From: a virus
Taxonomy: Duplodnaviria > Caudoviricetes
IMG/VR virus record: IMGVR_UViG_3300005683_000047
Coordinates: 2,430-66,429 of that record
DNA: 64,000 nt
Strand: one strand, 5' to 3'
Shown: in pieces, positions 10,409 through 19,491 of the stretch
Numbering within the stretch: position 1 is the first letter of the stretch
How the letters are laid out: the number at the start of each line of letters is the position of its first letter
Notes under the pieces: model-generated
Told to the model about the DNA's origin: nothing
Database searches by the model: none
What the model saw: only the letters and a program-made list of their open reading frames with translations
Program-made: the position numbers and the translations under genes

Positions 10409-10711
10409 TTAGCTAACTATTAATGTTCCTGAATTATTCATAACCCAACCAGAAGTCAATGAAACAACTGGTTGTCTTGCTTCAAAATTTGTTCCATCAA
10501 CGCAAATAATAATTTGTCCAATTGACGTTATTGTTGGTTGCGAAAAAGAACCTGTAGATCTGGGATTGAAGACTCCATATTGATCACGTAATTTAAAACT
10601 TCCACTAACATACCTAATTCCACCCGGCGTCGGTGGATCTGTTAGAACGTTTTGATAAACAGTTCCTTCTTCAAGATTTTCGCCCGGTTGTCTATCTGGT
10701 GTTCTTCCCAT
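10409..10711 (-). CDS. Putative virion protein (100 aa)
   Basis: Packed ORF, beta/Gly-rich. Confidence 0.5.
   Translation of the reverse strand: MGRTPDRQPGENLEEGTVYQNVLTDPPTPGGIRYVSGSFKLRDQYGVFNPRSTGSFSQPTITSIGQIIICVDGTNFEARQPVVSLTSGWVMNNSGTLIVS
10414..10420 (-). promoter_or_regulatory. ATAnTTA motif (ATAGTTA)
   Basis: 12 nt upstream of the ATG at 10401, but inside the end of the upstream ORF, so weaker. Confidence 0.25.
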
Positions 10712-11153
10712 GACGATTGTTCCTAAGAGTTTTCACTGTTTGATCTTCTTGTTCTAGACGTTTTATTGATGAATTGTAATTGTCAAGTCTCAATTTTTCT
10801 TCATCATACAAAACTTTAACTCGATCTCTTGTAATTGTAAACGCTTCTTGTTTTCCACGTTTTTCCGTATGTGACAATGTCAAAGCTTGTGTATAACCAC
10901 GTAAAAATTCTACACATTTAGAAACGTATTTTCTAGCGATAACAGCATTTGAAGGCGTCAAATCACCGCTAGAAATTTCTTTTGGTATGACACTAAACAA
11001 CAATTCTTCAATTGCAACTGACGCATCGGCGATGGCACGTTTTGCGCCTTCATCTAAATGAATTTCTCGTTGTAAGATTTCAAGTTGATCTTCTAATTCC
11101 ACACCAAGATCATTCATGATAGAAATTTTAATCAAACTCTTTTCAGGATTCAT
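10692..11153 (-). CDS. Hypothetical helical / coiled-coil protein (153 aa)
   Basis: Charged heptad-like composition; overlaps the downstream ORF by 20 nt. Confidence 0.55.
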   Translation of the reverse strand: MNPEKSLIKISIMNDLGVELEDQLEILQREIHLDEGAKRAIADASVAIEELLFSVIPKEISSGDLTPSNAVIARKYVSKCVEFLRGYTQALTLSHTEKRGKQEAFTITRDRVKVLYDEEKLRLDNYNSSIKRLEQEDQTVKTLRNNRHGKNTR

Positions 11154-11178
11154 TAATAAACCTTACAACGATTTTTCA

Positions 11179-12744
11179 TCAAATGATCATTGTGATAACA
11201 TCACCAGCAAATAAATCAAATTCAAATTTCAAATCACCAGATGTTTGAACATCGCCAGGATAAACATCATTATTTGCAGTTGCGTCAGCACCGTTACGTT
11301 TTAAGTTACCGTTTACATATATCAAAACATCATTCACAAAGTTTTTTGAACTATAATCACCAAGCGTTGAATCTAAGTTTACTGCACCACGAACGTTTGT
11401 GTTAGCGGAAACATCTGTTGTGATAGATGCGTCATATCGTGTTGAAGGAGTGACAACACCAATTGATGATGAAATTTGTTGAAGAGTGTGCAATAACGAA
11501 GACTCACCAAACGAAGTTTTGTAACTCGTCCAATCAGCCGATGATGTTGCAAGTTTAAATGTTCCACCGTAAGTTGATGAAAGTTTATAACTGTCAACAA
11601 ACTCCACAGCAGTTCCACCAGACAAAATCAAATTTGCAGATGTTGATTTTACAGTTAGAGGTCCAGAAGAATCTATAACACCTGCAGACGTTCCAACATT
11701 GATTCTTGTGCCAGAAATAGCCACTGAAACGCCACTGACAAATTGAGCAATACCGCTACGAATGTCAAATCTATCCGCTGCAACTTGAATAATGTCTCCA
11801 CCCGACGAGGCAGCAACTTTAAACAGGTTAGCAGTACCAACACTATCATAAAAATTCCAACTAAACCCATCTGATACTCTAACGTCAATGTTTTGAGTTT
11901 GTGTCACAGCTCCGACTTGATTATCAACTGCCAAATCAAGAGTCACCACACCAGCACCAGAGCTGCTGACGTCAAATATCGCATCAACAAACACGCCGTC
12001 CAAAAATGCGTCTTCTGGAATTGAGTTAAATGACGTACGTCTAACATAAGAATAATTAATTGTCTTTCCTGCGATGTCTGGAGTGTTACATGCACTTAAT
12101 GCAGTTCGTGAACTGTTTGTCGTGACGAACGATAATTGAACTTGGCTTGTTGTGTCATTGAACGTTGTGCCGTCTACGACGCCAGACTCAGTTTGTAACA
12201 ATGCGTAAATATCGCGGCCATCGACATCTTGTAATGGATTACCATCCAGTGCCCTCACGACCACCGCCAGATTTTTTGGTAATATTGGTGAAGAACCAGA
12301 CACCAAATCCAAATGGTGAGCACCGACATCACCTGAGAGCACTGAAACCACTGATCCTGTGGCATATGTTGATACTGCAGCACCAAAGTTTGGCGCTTCA
12401 CCAGAGCCGACGTTAAGAACCACCCAATTTTGTCCTGATGGAACTGTGACTGGAACGACCGTTTGTGTTCTAAACACAAACAACTTACTTTCAACGTTTT
12501 TTAGATCACTTCCCAATTGCGCCAAACCACGTCTAGACGTTGAATTTGGTGATAGTGGCACGTCATCATACCAATTTCCACTTCCCGTGGAATGCATGAT
12601 TCTTTTTAGCTGAGATCGAATCGCATTAAGGTTGTTTTCAAGATCATACGAGTTTGATTGAAGCCCTGGACCGGCATTTAATGCATCAGAATAAGTATGC
12701 GTGCCGCTTATTTGTGTTGATTGTCTTAAAAACATTCTACTCAT
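11179..12744 (-). CDS. Putative virion structural / decoration protein (521 aa)
   Basis: S/T/V/G-rich; C-terminal module VLIYVNGNLKRNG...NDVY...LKFEFDLFAGDVITMII resembles the C-terminal module of the neighbouring 156-aa ORF. Confidence 0.55.
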   Translation of the reverse strand: MSRMFLRQSTQISGTHTYSDALNAGPGLQSNSYDLENNLNAIRSQLKRIMHSTGSGNWYDDVPLSPNSTSRRGLAQLGSDLKNVESKLFVFRTQTVVPVTVPSGQNWVVLNVGSGEAPNFGAAVSTYATGSVVSVLSGDVGAHHLDLVSGSSPILPKNLAVVVRALDGNPLQDVDGRDIYALLQTESGVVDGTTFNDTTSQVQLSFVTTNSSRTALSACNTPDIAGKTINYSYVRRTSFNSIPEDAFLDGVFVDAIFDVSSSGAGVVTLDLAVDNQVGAVTQTQNIDVRVSDGFSWNFYDSVGTANLFKVAASSGGDIIQVAADRFDIRSGIAQFVSGVSVAISGTRINVGTSAGVIDSSGPLTVKSTSANLILSGGTAVEFVDSYKLSSTYGGTFKLATSSADWTSYKTSFGESSLLHTLQQISSSIGVVTPSTRYDASITTDVSANTNVRGAVNLDSTLGDYSSKNFVNDVLIYVNGNLKRNGADATANNDVYPGDVQTSGDLKFEFDLFAGDVITMII

Positions 12745-12759
12745 TGAGAACCTCAGTCA

Positions 12760-12766
12760 TAAATAT
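12760..12766 (-). promoter_or_regulatory. ATAnTTA motif (ATATTTA)
   Basis: 15 nt upstream of the ATG at 12744. Confidence 0.4.
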
Positions 12767-13236
12767 CAGTATCGATATGTAGCTTTTAATCTATCGTTTT
12801 GCATTGGAACGTTATCATTTGAAAATGACACGACGTTTCCTGATAGGATGTAATTATAACCTTCACCCTCTTGCAACAAACCGTTTAAAAACAGGTGCAA
12901 AGAAGCGGTTGGATTTGGAGAGAATTGTAAAGAGAACGTTAAATTGATCCCATCGACGACACCAGAAGGTGTTTCATTATCAACAAAATTGATACCATTT
13001 GCTAATGACGTTACGTAATCTTCATCAAGCGAAAACGTTAAGTTTTGTCCAGGACCATTGTCTGTTACAATGATTCCATTTGACGCAACAATTTTTCTCG
13101 ATCCAGAAGAAAATCCAACAGTCCCAGAAACAATAACAAATTGTGTCGTCGCAACAAATTGTTCTAACTGTTCATGAGTTAGTTCTCCGATTCCACCTAA
13201 CTCATCATGTTCTGTGATAACGCGAGTTGCTGTCAT
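12766..13236 (-). CDS. Putative virion structural protein (156 aa)
   Basis: C-terminal ETPSGVVDGINLTFSL...LFLNGLLQEGEGYNYILSGNVVSF...NDRLKATY beta-sandwich module of a kind common in phage virion proteins. Confidence 0.55.
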   Translation of the reverse strand: MTATRVITEHDELGGIGELTHEQLEQFVATTQFVIVSGTVGFSSGSRKIVASNGIIVTDNGPGQNLTFSLDEDYVTSLANGINFVDNETPSGVVDGINLTFSLQFSPNPTASLHLFLNGLLQEGEGYNYILSGNVVSFSNDNVPMQNDRLKATYRY

Positions 13237-13273
13237 TAAATAGTCTCATTGCATAATACATCAAGCAACCATT

Positions 13274-13280
13274 TAAATAT
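13274..13280 (-). promoter_or_regulatory. ATAnTTA motif (ATATTTA)
   Basis: In the gap 37 nt upstream of the ATG at 13236. Confidence 0.4.
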
Positions 13281-13294
13281 CATCATACGCAACT

Positions 13295-14743
13295 TCAAAC
13301 ACAAGGCTTCCATACATAGATTTTATTGCCAGCGCCCCAAACAGCTTTAACATTAGCCGCTTCAGCAACTTCCTTTTCTGTTTTCCCAGGTTGCGCTCGA
13401 TAAGCAAATCGATCAAATCGTGAAACACCATCAGTGTACCAATAATTTGATGTTGATTCGCCAACTAAAGAAAATCCACACTTTTCATAGACACCTCCTT
13501 CGCCATATCGTAATTCAGCATATGAAAGAACACCTTCATAACCATTTTGCAACGACCAATCTTTGATATACGAAAGAAGTTTTCCTGCTCCACCACGTAT
13601 TGTCATTCCTTGACAGAATGCCATGCGAGCCAATTCACAAACCTTTCCCCATTTTTTCTGAATTGGTGTTCGAACGGTCGCAACACCAACGAGTCCAAGA
13701 GACTTATGATAAAGACCCAAATGCAGTTTTGCTCTAGTTGAACCATACAAATGATTTTCATTAAGAAATGTCTTTGTTTCTAAATGAGTGACAACTTTAA
13801 CGGAACAATCACGAGCATTCAACTTTGTTGGATTGACACCAAGTGCGTTTAGAATAATCGATTTACATATCTGCTGTTTATTATCCCATTCATCTGAAAA
13901 TATTTGTATGAGCCTCACGTGTGATTCTAGACAGGTCTTGTACTTCAGCCGGTGGCGACCTTTATCAAAGACACCATTTTTCCCGCCACTGTGCCAGAAT
14001 AGACCGTGATACTCAATCGCAAGATTCTTCGATGGAACGTATACGTCTAGCTCAAGTGGTGATATAACTTTTCTTGTTGAGATGTCAACTTCAAATCCTA
14101 AACTCTTAACATAATCAGCCACTTCAAGTTGACCCTTTGAAGCAAGTGGATAACACGTCTTGCATCGATAACAACGTTGAATGTTATATGATGACATCTC
14201 TGTGATCGTGTTACAATTTTTGCATTGTAATTTTAAAAGAGAATATTGATCAACATAATCTTCTGGTAATGACAATAGAATAGTATCTGGAGCGCTCTCG
14301 ATAATTCTTTCTTTGACGACCGAATAATCAAGTGTCTTTGATTCAGAGATTTTTCTGAGTGTCTCTGGTGTATGGCTCTTACCATAAAATGGATTGTTCT
14401 CACCACAAGATTTTGCAGCTTGTTCTGCAATTCGTGGATCAGTCTCTTTTGTTTTACCCTTGTTCCAAGGCGTTGCAAGATGACCACCAAGAGTGCCACC
14501 CAGACTCATTGCAATTTTTGCATGGTTTTTACAATATCGACGAAATTCCCCGATGGCAACAAATCGTGTCAATTCACCACACTCAGGACAAGTGGGTCGA
14601 ACACCATTATAAAAATGCTTGACAGTGTACTGTTCAGAGTTTAAACCATGTTGCTTTTTTATGTGTTCTGACAACCTTTTTGTATGATTGAATTTTTCAC
14701 CACAAGCAACACATTGGCAATCACAATATTTTCCGAAAGGCAT
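13295..14743 (-). CDS. Free-standing homing-endonuclease-like protein: Zn fingers + NUMOD3 + Vsr/PD-(D/E)xK nuclease + GNAT/Mom-like domain
   Basis: CVACGEKF...LSEHIKKQH; ENNPFYGKSHTPETLRKISESK (NUMOD3); ELDVYVPSKNLAIEYHGLFWH...RLIQIFSDEW (nuclease); CELARMAF...GGAGKLL...LSYAELRYGEGGVYEKCGF (GNAT-like). Confidence 0.7.
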   Translation of the reverse strand: MPFGKYCDCQCVACGEKFNHTKRLSEHIKKQHGLNSEQYTVKHFYNGVRPTCPECGELTRFVAIGEFRRYCKNHAKIAMSLGGTLGGHLATPWNKGKTKETDPRIAEQAAKSCGENNPFYGKSHTPETLRKISESKTLDYSVVKERIIESAPDTILLSLPEDYVDQYSLLKLQCKNCNTITEMSSYNIQRCYRCKTCYPLASKGQLEVADYVKSLGFEVDISTRKVISPLELDVYVPSKNLAIEYHGLFWHSGGKNGVFDKGRHRLKYKTCLESHVRLIQIFSDEWDNKQQICKSIILNALGVNPTKLNARDCSVKVVTHLETKTFLNENHLYGSTRAKLHLGLYHKSLGLVGVATVRTPIQKKWGKVCELARMAFCQGMTIRGGAGKLLSYIKDWSLQNGYEGVLSYAELRYGEGGVYEKCGFSLVGESTSNYWYTDGVSRFDRFAYRAQPGKTEKEVAEAANVKAVWGAGNKIYVWKPCV

Positions 14744-14824
14744 GAACTGACATTACAAAATAAATCTACGATTTATAAACAAAATCAGCGTTATGACGGC
14801 CTTGTACGGATTGTCATCATAGCC

Positions 14825-14877
14825 TTTCCTTTGTCATGACAGCCTTACAAAAACAGAAGCCGTCATGACAAAGGAAA
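14825..14877. repeat. 19-bp inverted repeat (1 mismatch) with a 15-nt spacer
   Basis: tttcctttgtcatgacagc (14825-14843) and gccgtcatgacaaaggaaa (14859-14877); the mismatch becomes a G-U pair on the minus-strand RNA. Confidence 0.85.
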
Positions 14878-14920
14878 CAAATCGTTCAATAATATTTCAT
14901 GAAGAATATGGTTTAAATAG

Positions 14921-14945
14921 AAAAGGCCCCGTTTAGAGGCCTTTT
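14921..14945 (-). terminator. Rho-independent terminator after the major capsid gene
   Basis: AAAAGGCCUC-UAAAC-GGGGCCUUUU followed by CUAUUU, 21 nt past the MCP stop. Confidence 0.8.
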
Positions 14946-14966
14946 CCGTAAGCTAAGTGACTAAAA

Positions 14967-16859
14967 TCAGATAATCGACATATCGGTACAAGTCACGGTA
15001 CCGAAGAAATCCGAACGAATCATCTTCTTACCGTAGCGGGTCATTACTCCGCGTCTCGGCGTGAAATCTTCGGCCGCAAAGATGGTCGGAGTGATTATGA
15101 GTGGAACGTACGGAGCATACACATACCCAGTCTCCAAGTAGTTTCCGCCCTTGTAACCGACGAGAATCTTGCTCGATGGGAAGTACGGGTCCTTGTAGAC
15201 GGTGAATCTGTTGCTTAGCGAACCGACTGCCTCACAACCGATGCTCATCACCGAGCTCACTTGCCCGTCGCCGTCAAGTTTCATCTTGGGACGATAAGCA
15301 ACAGATGCCTCGAGGATGGTTGCAACGTCTGGGCCACAGACGATGAAGTTTGCCGAACCACGAAGAGTCTTGCGGTGAATGGTGTTTGCAACGTCAATGA
15401 CGGTCTCAATCAGTGTCTCGTACCAATCTCTGACAGTTCCAGTGAAGTTAGGACCGATTGACAACGAGCTTGCCAAGGTAACCGGTGCGCCGGTGTTCTT
15501 GTTGACAAACTTGCCTGGTGCACGTGACCAGTAGTAGTTCGCGCCGTTTGCAGCAAGCAAAAGATCCATGAGAATCTCACGGTCAATTTCAAGTGCAATC
15601 TGCTCTGAAAGAATCTGAGTCAATTCAACTTCGGCGTCCAACGCATGATATGCATTGAGGTCTTGTGCGAGTTCTGGCGACCAACGAGCTCTGAGCTTGC
15701 GGGTTTGAGCAGTAACTGCAATTGACTCAATCTTGATATCAATCTCTGGAATCGAAGGTGAAGGAGTGACGCTGAAATCAGACTCAAAAACCGGAACAGT
15801 CAATGCTGAACCGTCAGTTGCGTCTGCGCTGAAGCTGTCACCAAGAACGACTGAAGCAGTCACTGCTGCGCCAGGAGTTGGGACCACACCACCGTTGGTA
15901 AGTGCCAACAGAACTTGAACGTGTGAACCATTCATCGAATCTGGAGTAAATACGCCAGCTGAGAAATTACCACGTTTGTTGTGTCTGCGAAGGTTCTTGA
16001 CGCCTTGACCACCTTGGAACTTCTCGCCCCATGAAGTCAAACCGGCTGTCGATGCAACACCGAAGACGCTGACTTGATCAACAGCTGCAAGATCAACCTT
16101 GGGAATTGCTGCAGTCAATTGCGAAACTGGGATATGCATGTAACAGAAGTCAAGTGCGCCTTGATACAAAGATGTCTCAATCTGGGGATCAAACGATGCA
16201 TAAACAGCGTTTGTGCCGCTGAAAGATGTGACGGTTTGAACAGCAGTTCCAGAAACCCAAGCGTCTGAAGCGCCGGTCCATGCACCGATAGAAGCGTCGG
16301 TCACGGTGATAGCATTTGCAACTTGATGAACTCTGGTGAAACCAGTGCCAACAAGATCATATGCGCCGCCAGCAGCGAGCGACCCGGAGCGAACACCTTT
16401 GCCAGCTGGGTTATTGTAAAGCGATTGACCCTTTGAGTAAGTTGACAAAGTTGCATTCTTGTCAAGATCTAGACCAGCGTTACCACCGACGTTGCTACCA
16501 TAAGTGTAGTCAATGTAGAAGATAAGACCAGAAGGGAGACTCATTGGTTGAATTGAAACGAGTTCATTTGCAACCAAACCACCGAACACTCTACGGACGA
16601 TTGGGAATGCAATGTTTGTGACGCCAGAAATTTGACCCGATGAAGTGCCAGCTCCGCCACCGTTACTGAGGCTGTTTGCTTCACGAAGAACTTGGGCAGC
16701 CTGGTTTTCCAGCAACTGTGCCATGTTCTCACGATAAACACCATCCAAATTGCGGAGAAGACCAGTCTTACTCCATTTTTCAATCAAACGATTACGCTCG
16801 ACACCAACGTGACGCTCGTGAATACCTTCACTGAGCATTTCTACAGAAAACTTTTTCAT
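14967..16859 (-). CDS. gp23: Major capsid protein (T4 gp23-like, 630 aa)
   Basis: IAFPIVRRVFGGLVANELVSIQPMSLPSGLIFY; IESIAVTAQTRKLRARWSPELAQDLNAYHALDAEVELTQILSEQIALEIDREI; GYVYAPYVPL; FTPRRGVMTRYG. Confidence 0.96.
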   Translation of the reverse strand: MKKFSVEMLSEGIHERHVGVERNRLIEKWSKTGLLRNLDGVYRENMAQLLENQAAQVLREANSLSNGGGAGTSSGQISGVTNIAFPIVRRVFGGLVANELVSIQPMSLPSGLIFYIDYTYGSNVGGNAGLDLDKNATLSTYSKGQSLYNNPAGKGVRSGSLAAGGAYDLVGTGFTRVHQVANAITVTDASIGAWTGASDAWVSGTAVQTVTSFSGTNAVYASFDPQIETSLYQGALDFCYMHIPVSQLTAAIPKVDLAAVDQVSVFGVASTAGLTSWGEKFQGGQGVKNLRRHNKRGNFSAGVFTPDSMNGSHVQVLLALTNGGVVPTPGAAVTASVVLGDSFSADATDGSALTVPVFESDFSVTPSPSIPEIDIKIESIAVTAQTRKLRARWSPELAQDLNAYHALDAEVELTQILSEQIALEIDREILMDLLLAANGANYYWSRAPGKFVNKNTGAPVTLASSLSIGPNFTGTVRDWYETLIETVIDVANTIHRKTLRGSANFIVCGPDVATILEASVAYRPKMKLDGDGQVSSVMSIGCEAVGSLSNRFTVYKDPYFPSSKILVGYKGGNYLETGYVYAPYVPLIITPTIFAAEDFTPRRGVMTRYGKKMIRSDFFGTVTCTDMSII

Positions 16860-16893
16860 ATGTTATCCTATAATTTCCTTGTTTGAATCAATC

Positions 16894-18618
16894 TCACTTG
16901 AGACCGGCTAGTTTGGCCCAACGTGAAGTTTCAACACTCTCATTAAGAGTTGAACTTGATGTTGGTTTGGTCACTCTTGAAGTTGCTCCTGCGAGAACTT
17001 TTCTTGATGACGCACTTTCGTTCACGGTCTTTTTCAAAACGCCGATTAAACCTTCATAAACAAGCTTCGCTTCTCTCAAACTCTTTGACTCATCGAGTTT
17101 ATCGATGATTTGAGATTTCTGTTCTGCAGAAATTGACTCATTTTGCAAGAGTTTATTAGCATAGATCAGTTTAGCGTTGAAGAGATTAGTCTCTGTCAAT
17201 TGGGCGCGGAGAGATTCTATCGCAGCCGTTTGCTCCGCAAGCTGTGATTTTGAGTCTCTAATCTTAAGAGACTCTTTTAGAGTTTTTTGTGCATTTGCAA
17301 ATTTTGTCTTTGCCTCAGCAAGACATGCCTTTGCAATTACGGTTTCTTTGATCGCTTTGACAGTTGCTTGTCTAGCGCGGTCCTCATGACGAGTACCTTT
17401 AACTTTACGATACGATGCTTTGTGGGCGGCAGCTCGCTTTTCAGCAATTTGCACTCTCGACATCGCTTCGGCCACGGTCTTACGGGCTTTAGCAGTTGCA
17501 GTCTTTGCTTCATCAACGGAACAATGACTTTCAGAGTCATCGTCATCATGCTCAGTGGGATCTGGTTCATCGGCTTCTGCGACAGTGCCTTGATTGACCA
17601 TATTGTCATCATCGGCAGTTGAAACTTCGCCGTCGAGCCATGGTTCACCCTCATCAGAACCATCACCAAAGCTTGAAAGAATATCTGATGTCATTTTATG
17701 ACCATCAATTTTTTGTTCAGCAATTCTTTTGTTTTGATTACGCATCTTACTAATTTCTCGACGAAGCATGCCTTCATCAATTTCAACAACATCTTCCTCG
17801 TCCAAATCATCAAGATTCGATAGCATTCCACCGTCTGATTCAGTTGCAACTGGAGCAGGTGGGGCTGGTGCAGCGGAAGGATCCGATGGCATACCTTGTG
17901 ATGGATCGCCAGACATATCAGCGTCCTCTTCGTCAGAAATCACATCAATGTTTAGATTTTCAATATTGATGTCATCAGGCAGACCAGTAACTTTCAAAGT
18001 TAAATCTTTGTCTTCCTTCATTAGATCTTTAATACGCATCGTTGACTCCTTGACGCCTTTCAAAATTTCATAACAAGATTCAAGTTTTTCTTCCAGCTTA
18101 TTTTTTCGTGACAAATTTGACTCTTGTAGATACGAATACATATCTTCAATTTCGCTAATTGTTTTATCAACTTGCGATTTGTAAGAAGAAGTTATCTTAT
18201 TTCTTTGAGAAGTTGTCACTAATTCATTAGTTGATTCAACGACACGATACACTTTATTTTCAAATTGTTCGTCAGTTGATTTCTTGATAATCGGCAATAA
18301 CGCAACAAGAGATTCATTAGTAATCTCATATTCGTCATCTTCACTTACGTCTTTGTCATCTTCTGATTCTTCAGTATTTGAAGAATTCGCATCTAATGCT
18401 GGGTGTGATGCGCCGAGAACAGCATCGTCAGTCAGAAGATTGTCATTTTCATCATCTTCGTCTTCATCATCAATGCTTTCATTAATTAGATGACTCTCTA
18501 TTAGAGCTTTAATTCTTGGAGCATATTCAGATTCAATCGCGCGTTTAGCGTTAGACTCAGCAATGGCCTTTATCTGTCTAACGTCAGCTAACGCTGCCTC
18601 ATAGAGTGTTTTTGACAT
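16894..18618 (-). CDS. Prohead scaffolding / core protein (gp22-like, 574 aa)
   Basis: Immediately upstream of the MCP; acidic low-complexity tracts and coiled coil; C-terminal LFNAKLIYANKLL...IIDKLDESKSLREAKLVYEGL...RWAKLAGLK; many (L/I)xE sites. Confidence 0.7.
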   Translation of the reverse strand: MSKTLYEAALADVRQIKAIAESNAKRAIESEYAPRIKALIESHLINESIDDEDEDDENDNLLTDDAVLGASHPALDANSSNTEESEDDKDVSEDDEYEITNESLVALLPIIKKSTDEQFENKVYRVVESTNELVTTSQRNKITSSYKSQVDKTISEIEDMYSYLQESNLSRKNKLEEKLESCYEILKGVKESTMRIKDLMKEDKDLTLKVTGLPDDINIENLNIDVISDEEDADMSGDPSQGMPSDPSAAPAPPAPVATESDGGMLSNLDDLDEEDVVEIDEGMLRREISKMRNQNKRIAEQKIDGHKMTSDILSSFGDGSDEGEPWLDGEVSTADDDNMVNQGTVAEADEPDPTEHDDDDSESHCSVDEAKTATAKARKTVAEAMSRVQIAEKRAAAHKASYRKVKGTRHEDRARQATVKAIKETVIAKACLAEAKTKFANAQKTLKESLKIRDSKSQLAEQTAAIESLRAQLTETNLFNAKLIYANKLLQNESISAEQKSQIIDKLDESKSLREAKLVYEGLIGVLKKTVNESASSRKVLAGATSRVTKPTSSSTLNESVETSRWAKLAGLK

Positions 18619-18644
18619 TTACTGTAACCTCAACTTATTAATGG

Positions 18645-18651
18645 TAAGTAT
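18645..18651 (-). promoter_or_regulatory. ATAnTTA motif (ATACTTA), putative late promoter of scaffold-MCP
   Basis: 26 nt upstream of the ATG at 18618, which is preceded by GAGG. Confidence 0.45.
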
Positions 18652-18678
18652 TATCATTTGTTAGTGTTATTGCAAATA

Positions 18679-19203
18679 TCAAATCTTTGGGCGTTGGCCT
18701 GGGATCAATGTCTTACCCAAAAGACTTCCTTCATACATCGTTGATGAAGTTGTTTTTGGATCAAGTGTTCCGTTGATGCCGACGACTGCACCTTTTTTCA
18801 CTTCATCAATTGTCAAAATTGTGGCTGGCACCGGGGCAGTGCTATTACCTCCAGTTTGATCTGGTGACGCAAGATTTGGTGTAAACGGTGTTGAAGGACC
18901 ACCAGCACCATCATCTGAAATGTTCATATTAATGATATCTGGCGCTGACATTCCATCTTCTGGATTTTGATAATCAAGATAGACACCGTTAGGAAAGTCT
19001 TGATTTCCAGTAGGACCGGCGCCTTGGACATGCGGAAATAAATAAGTGTTTCCAGACTTCACTATTGCCGCCTGGTTTGATATTTCAGCAGGCGTCGCAT
19101 ATAACTTTTTTAGCAACGTCACATCTGCTGCTCCCGCCTGGCCTTCTGGCGCTATCGTCGAAGGACGTGGCGAATAATTTGTGTATTTTCCTGTACCAGG
19201 CAT
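18679..19203 (-). CDS. Hypothetical Pro/Gly-rich protein (174 aa), possibly head-associated
   Basis: Intact ORF in the head module with GGAG RBS. Confidence 0.55.
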   Translation of the reverse strand: MPGTGKYTNYSPRPSTIAPEGQAGAADVTLLKKLYATPAEISNQAAIVKSGNTYLFPHVQGAGPTGNQDFPNGVYLDYQNPEDGMSAPDIINMNISDDGAGGPSTPFTPNLASPDQTGGNSTAPVPATILTIDEVKKGAVVGINGTLDPKTTSSTMYEGSLLGKTLIPGQRPKI

Positions 19204-19220
19204 TGTATTTCTCCAGAAGA

Positions 19221-19448
19221 TTATCTTTTGTTACGTTTTGCTTGTTCTTGCAAAGAACGAATTTGTTTCACAAGTTTATGCTCTTTAATTTTTAGAGCTT
19301 TTAGCATGTCAATTTTCTTCTCAAGAGTATCAGCAAGCTCATCAGCTTCAACTTCACGAGTCTCTTTCGCGGCTTGTTTAGTTGTTTTTAGATTTGAAAT
19401 TTCCTCTTGAACAAGTTGACGTAGCATTTTTTCTGATAGAATTGCCAT
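19221..19448 (-). CDS. Small helical protein (75 aa), candidate prohead core component
   Basis: ILSEKMLRQLVQEEI N-terminus; AAGGA RBS. Confidence 0.55.
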   Translation of the reverse strand: MAILSEKMLRQLVQEEISNLKTTKQAAKETREVEADELADTLEKKIDMLKALKIKEHKLVKQIRSLQEQAKRNKR

Positions 19449-19465
19449 TTTAAAGTTCCTTATGT

Positions 19466-19472
19466 TAATTAT
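19466..19472 (-). promoter_or_regulatory. ATAnTTA motif (ATAATTA)
   Basis: 17 nt upstream of the ATG at 19448. Confidence 0.4.
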
Positions 19473-19491
19473 CTGTATCGTTATCTAATAT

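Noticed and set aside
14791-14877. Mini-CRISPR array or tRNA
   Set aside because: The repeats are inverted, not direct with unique spacers, and there is no cloverleaf or T-loop consensus.
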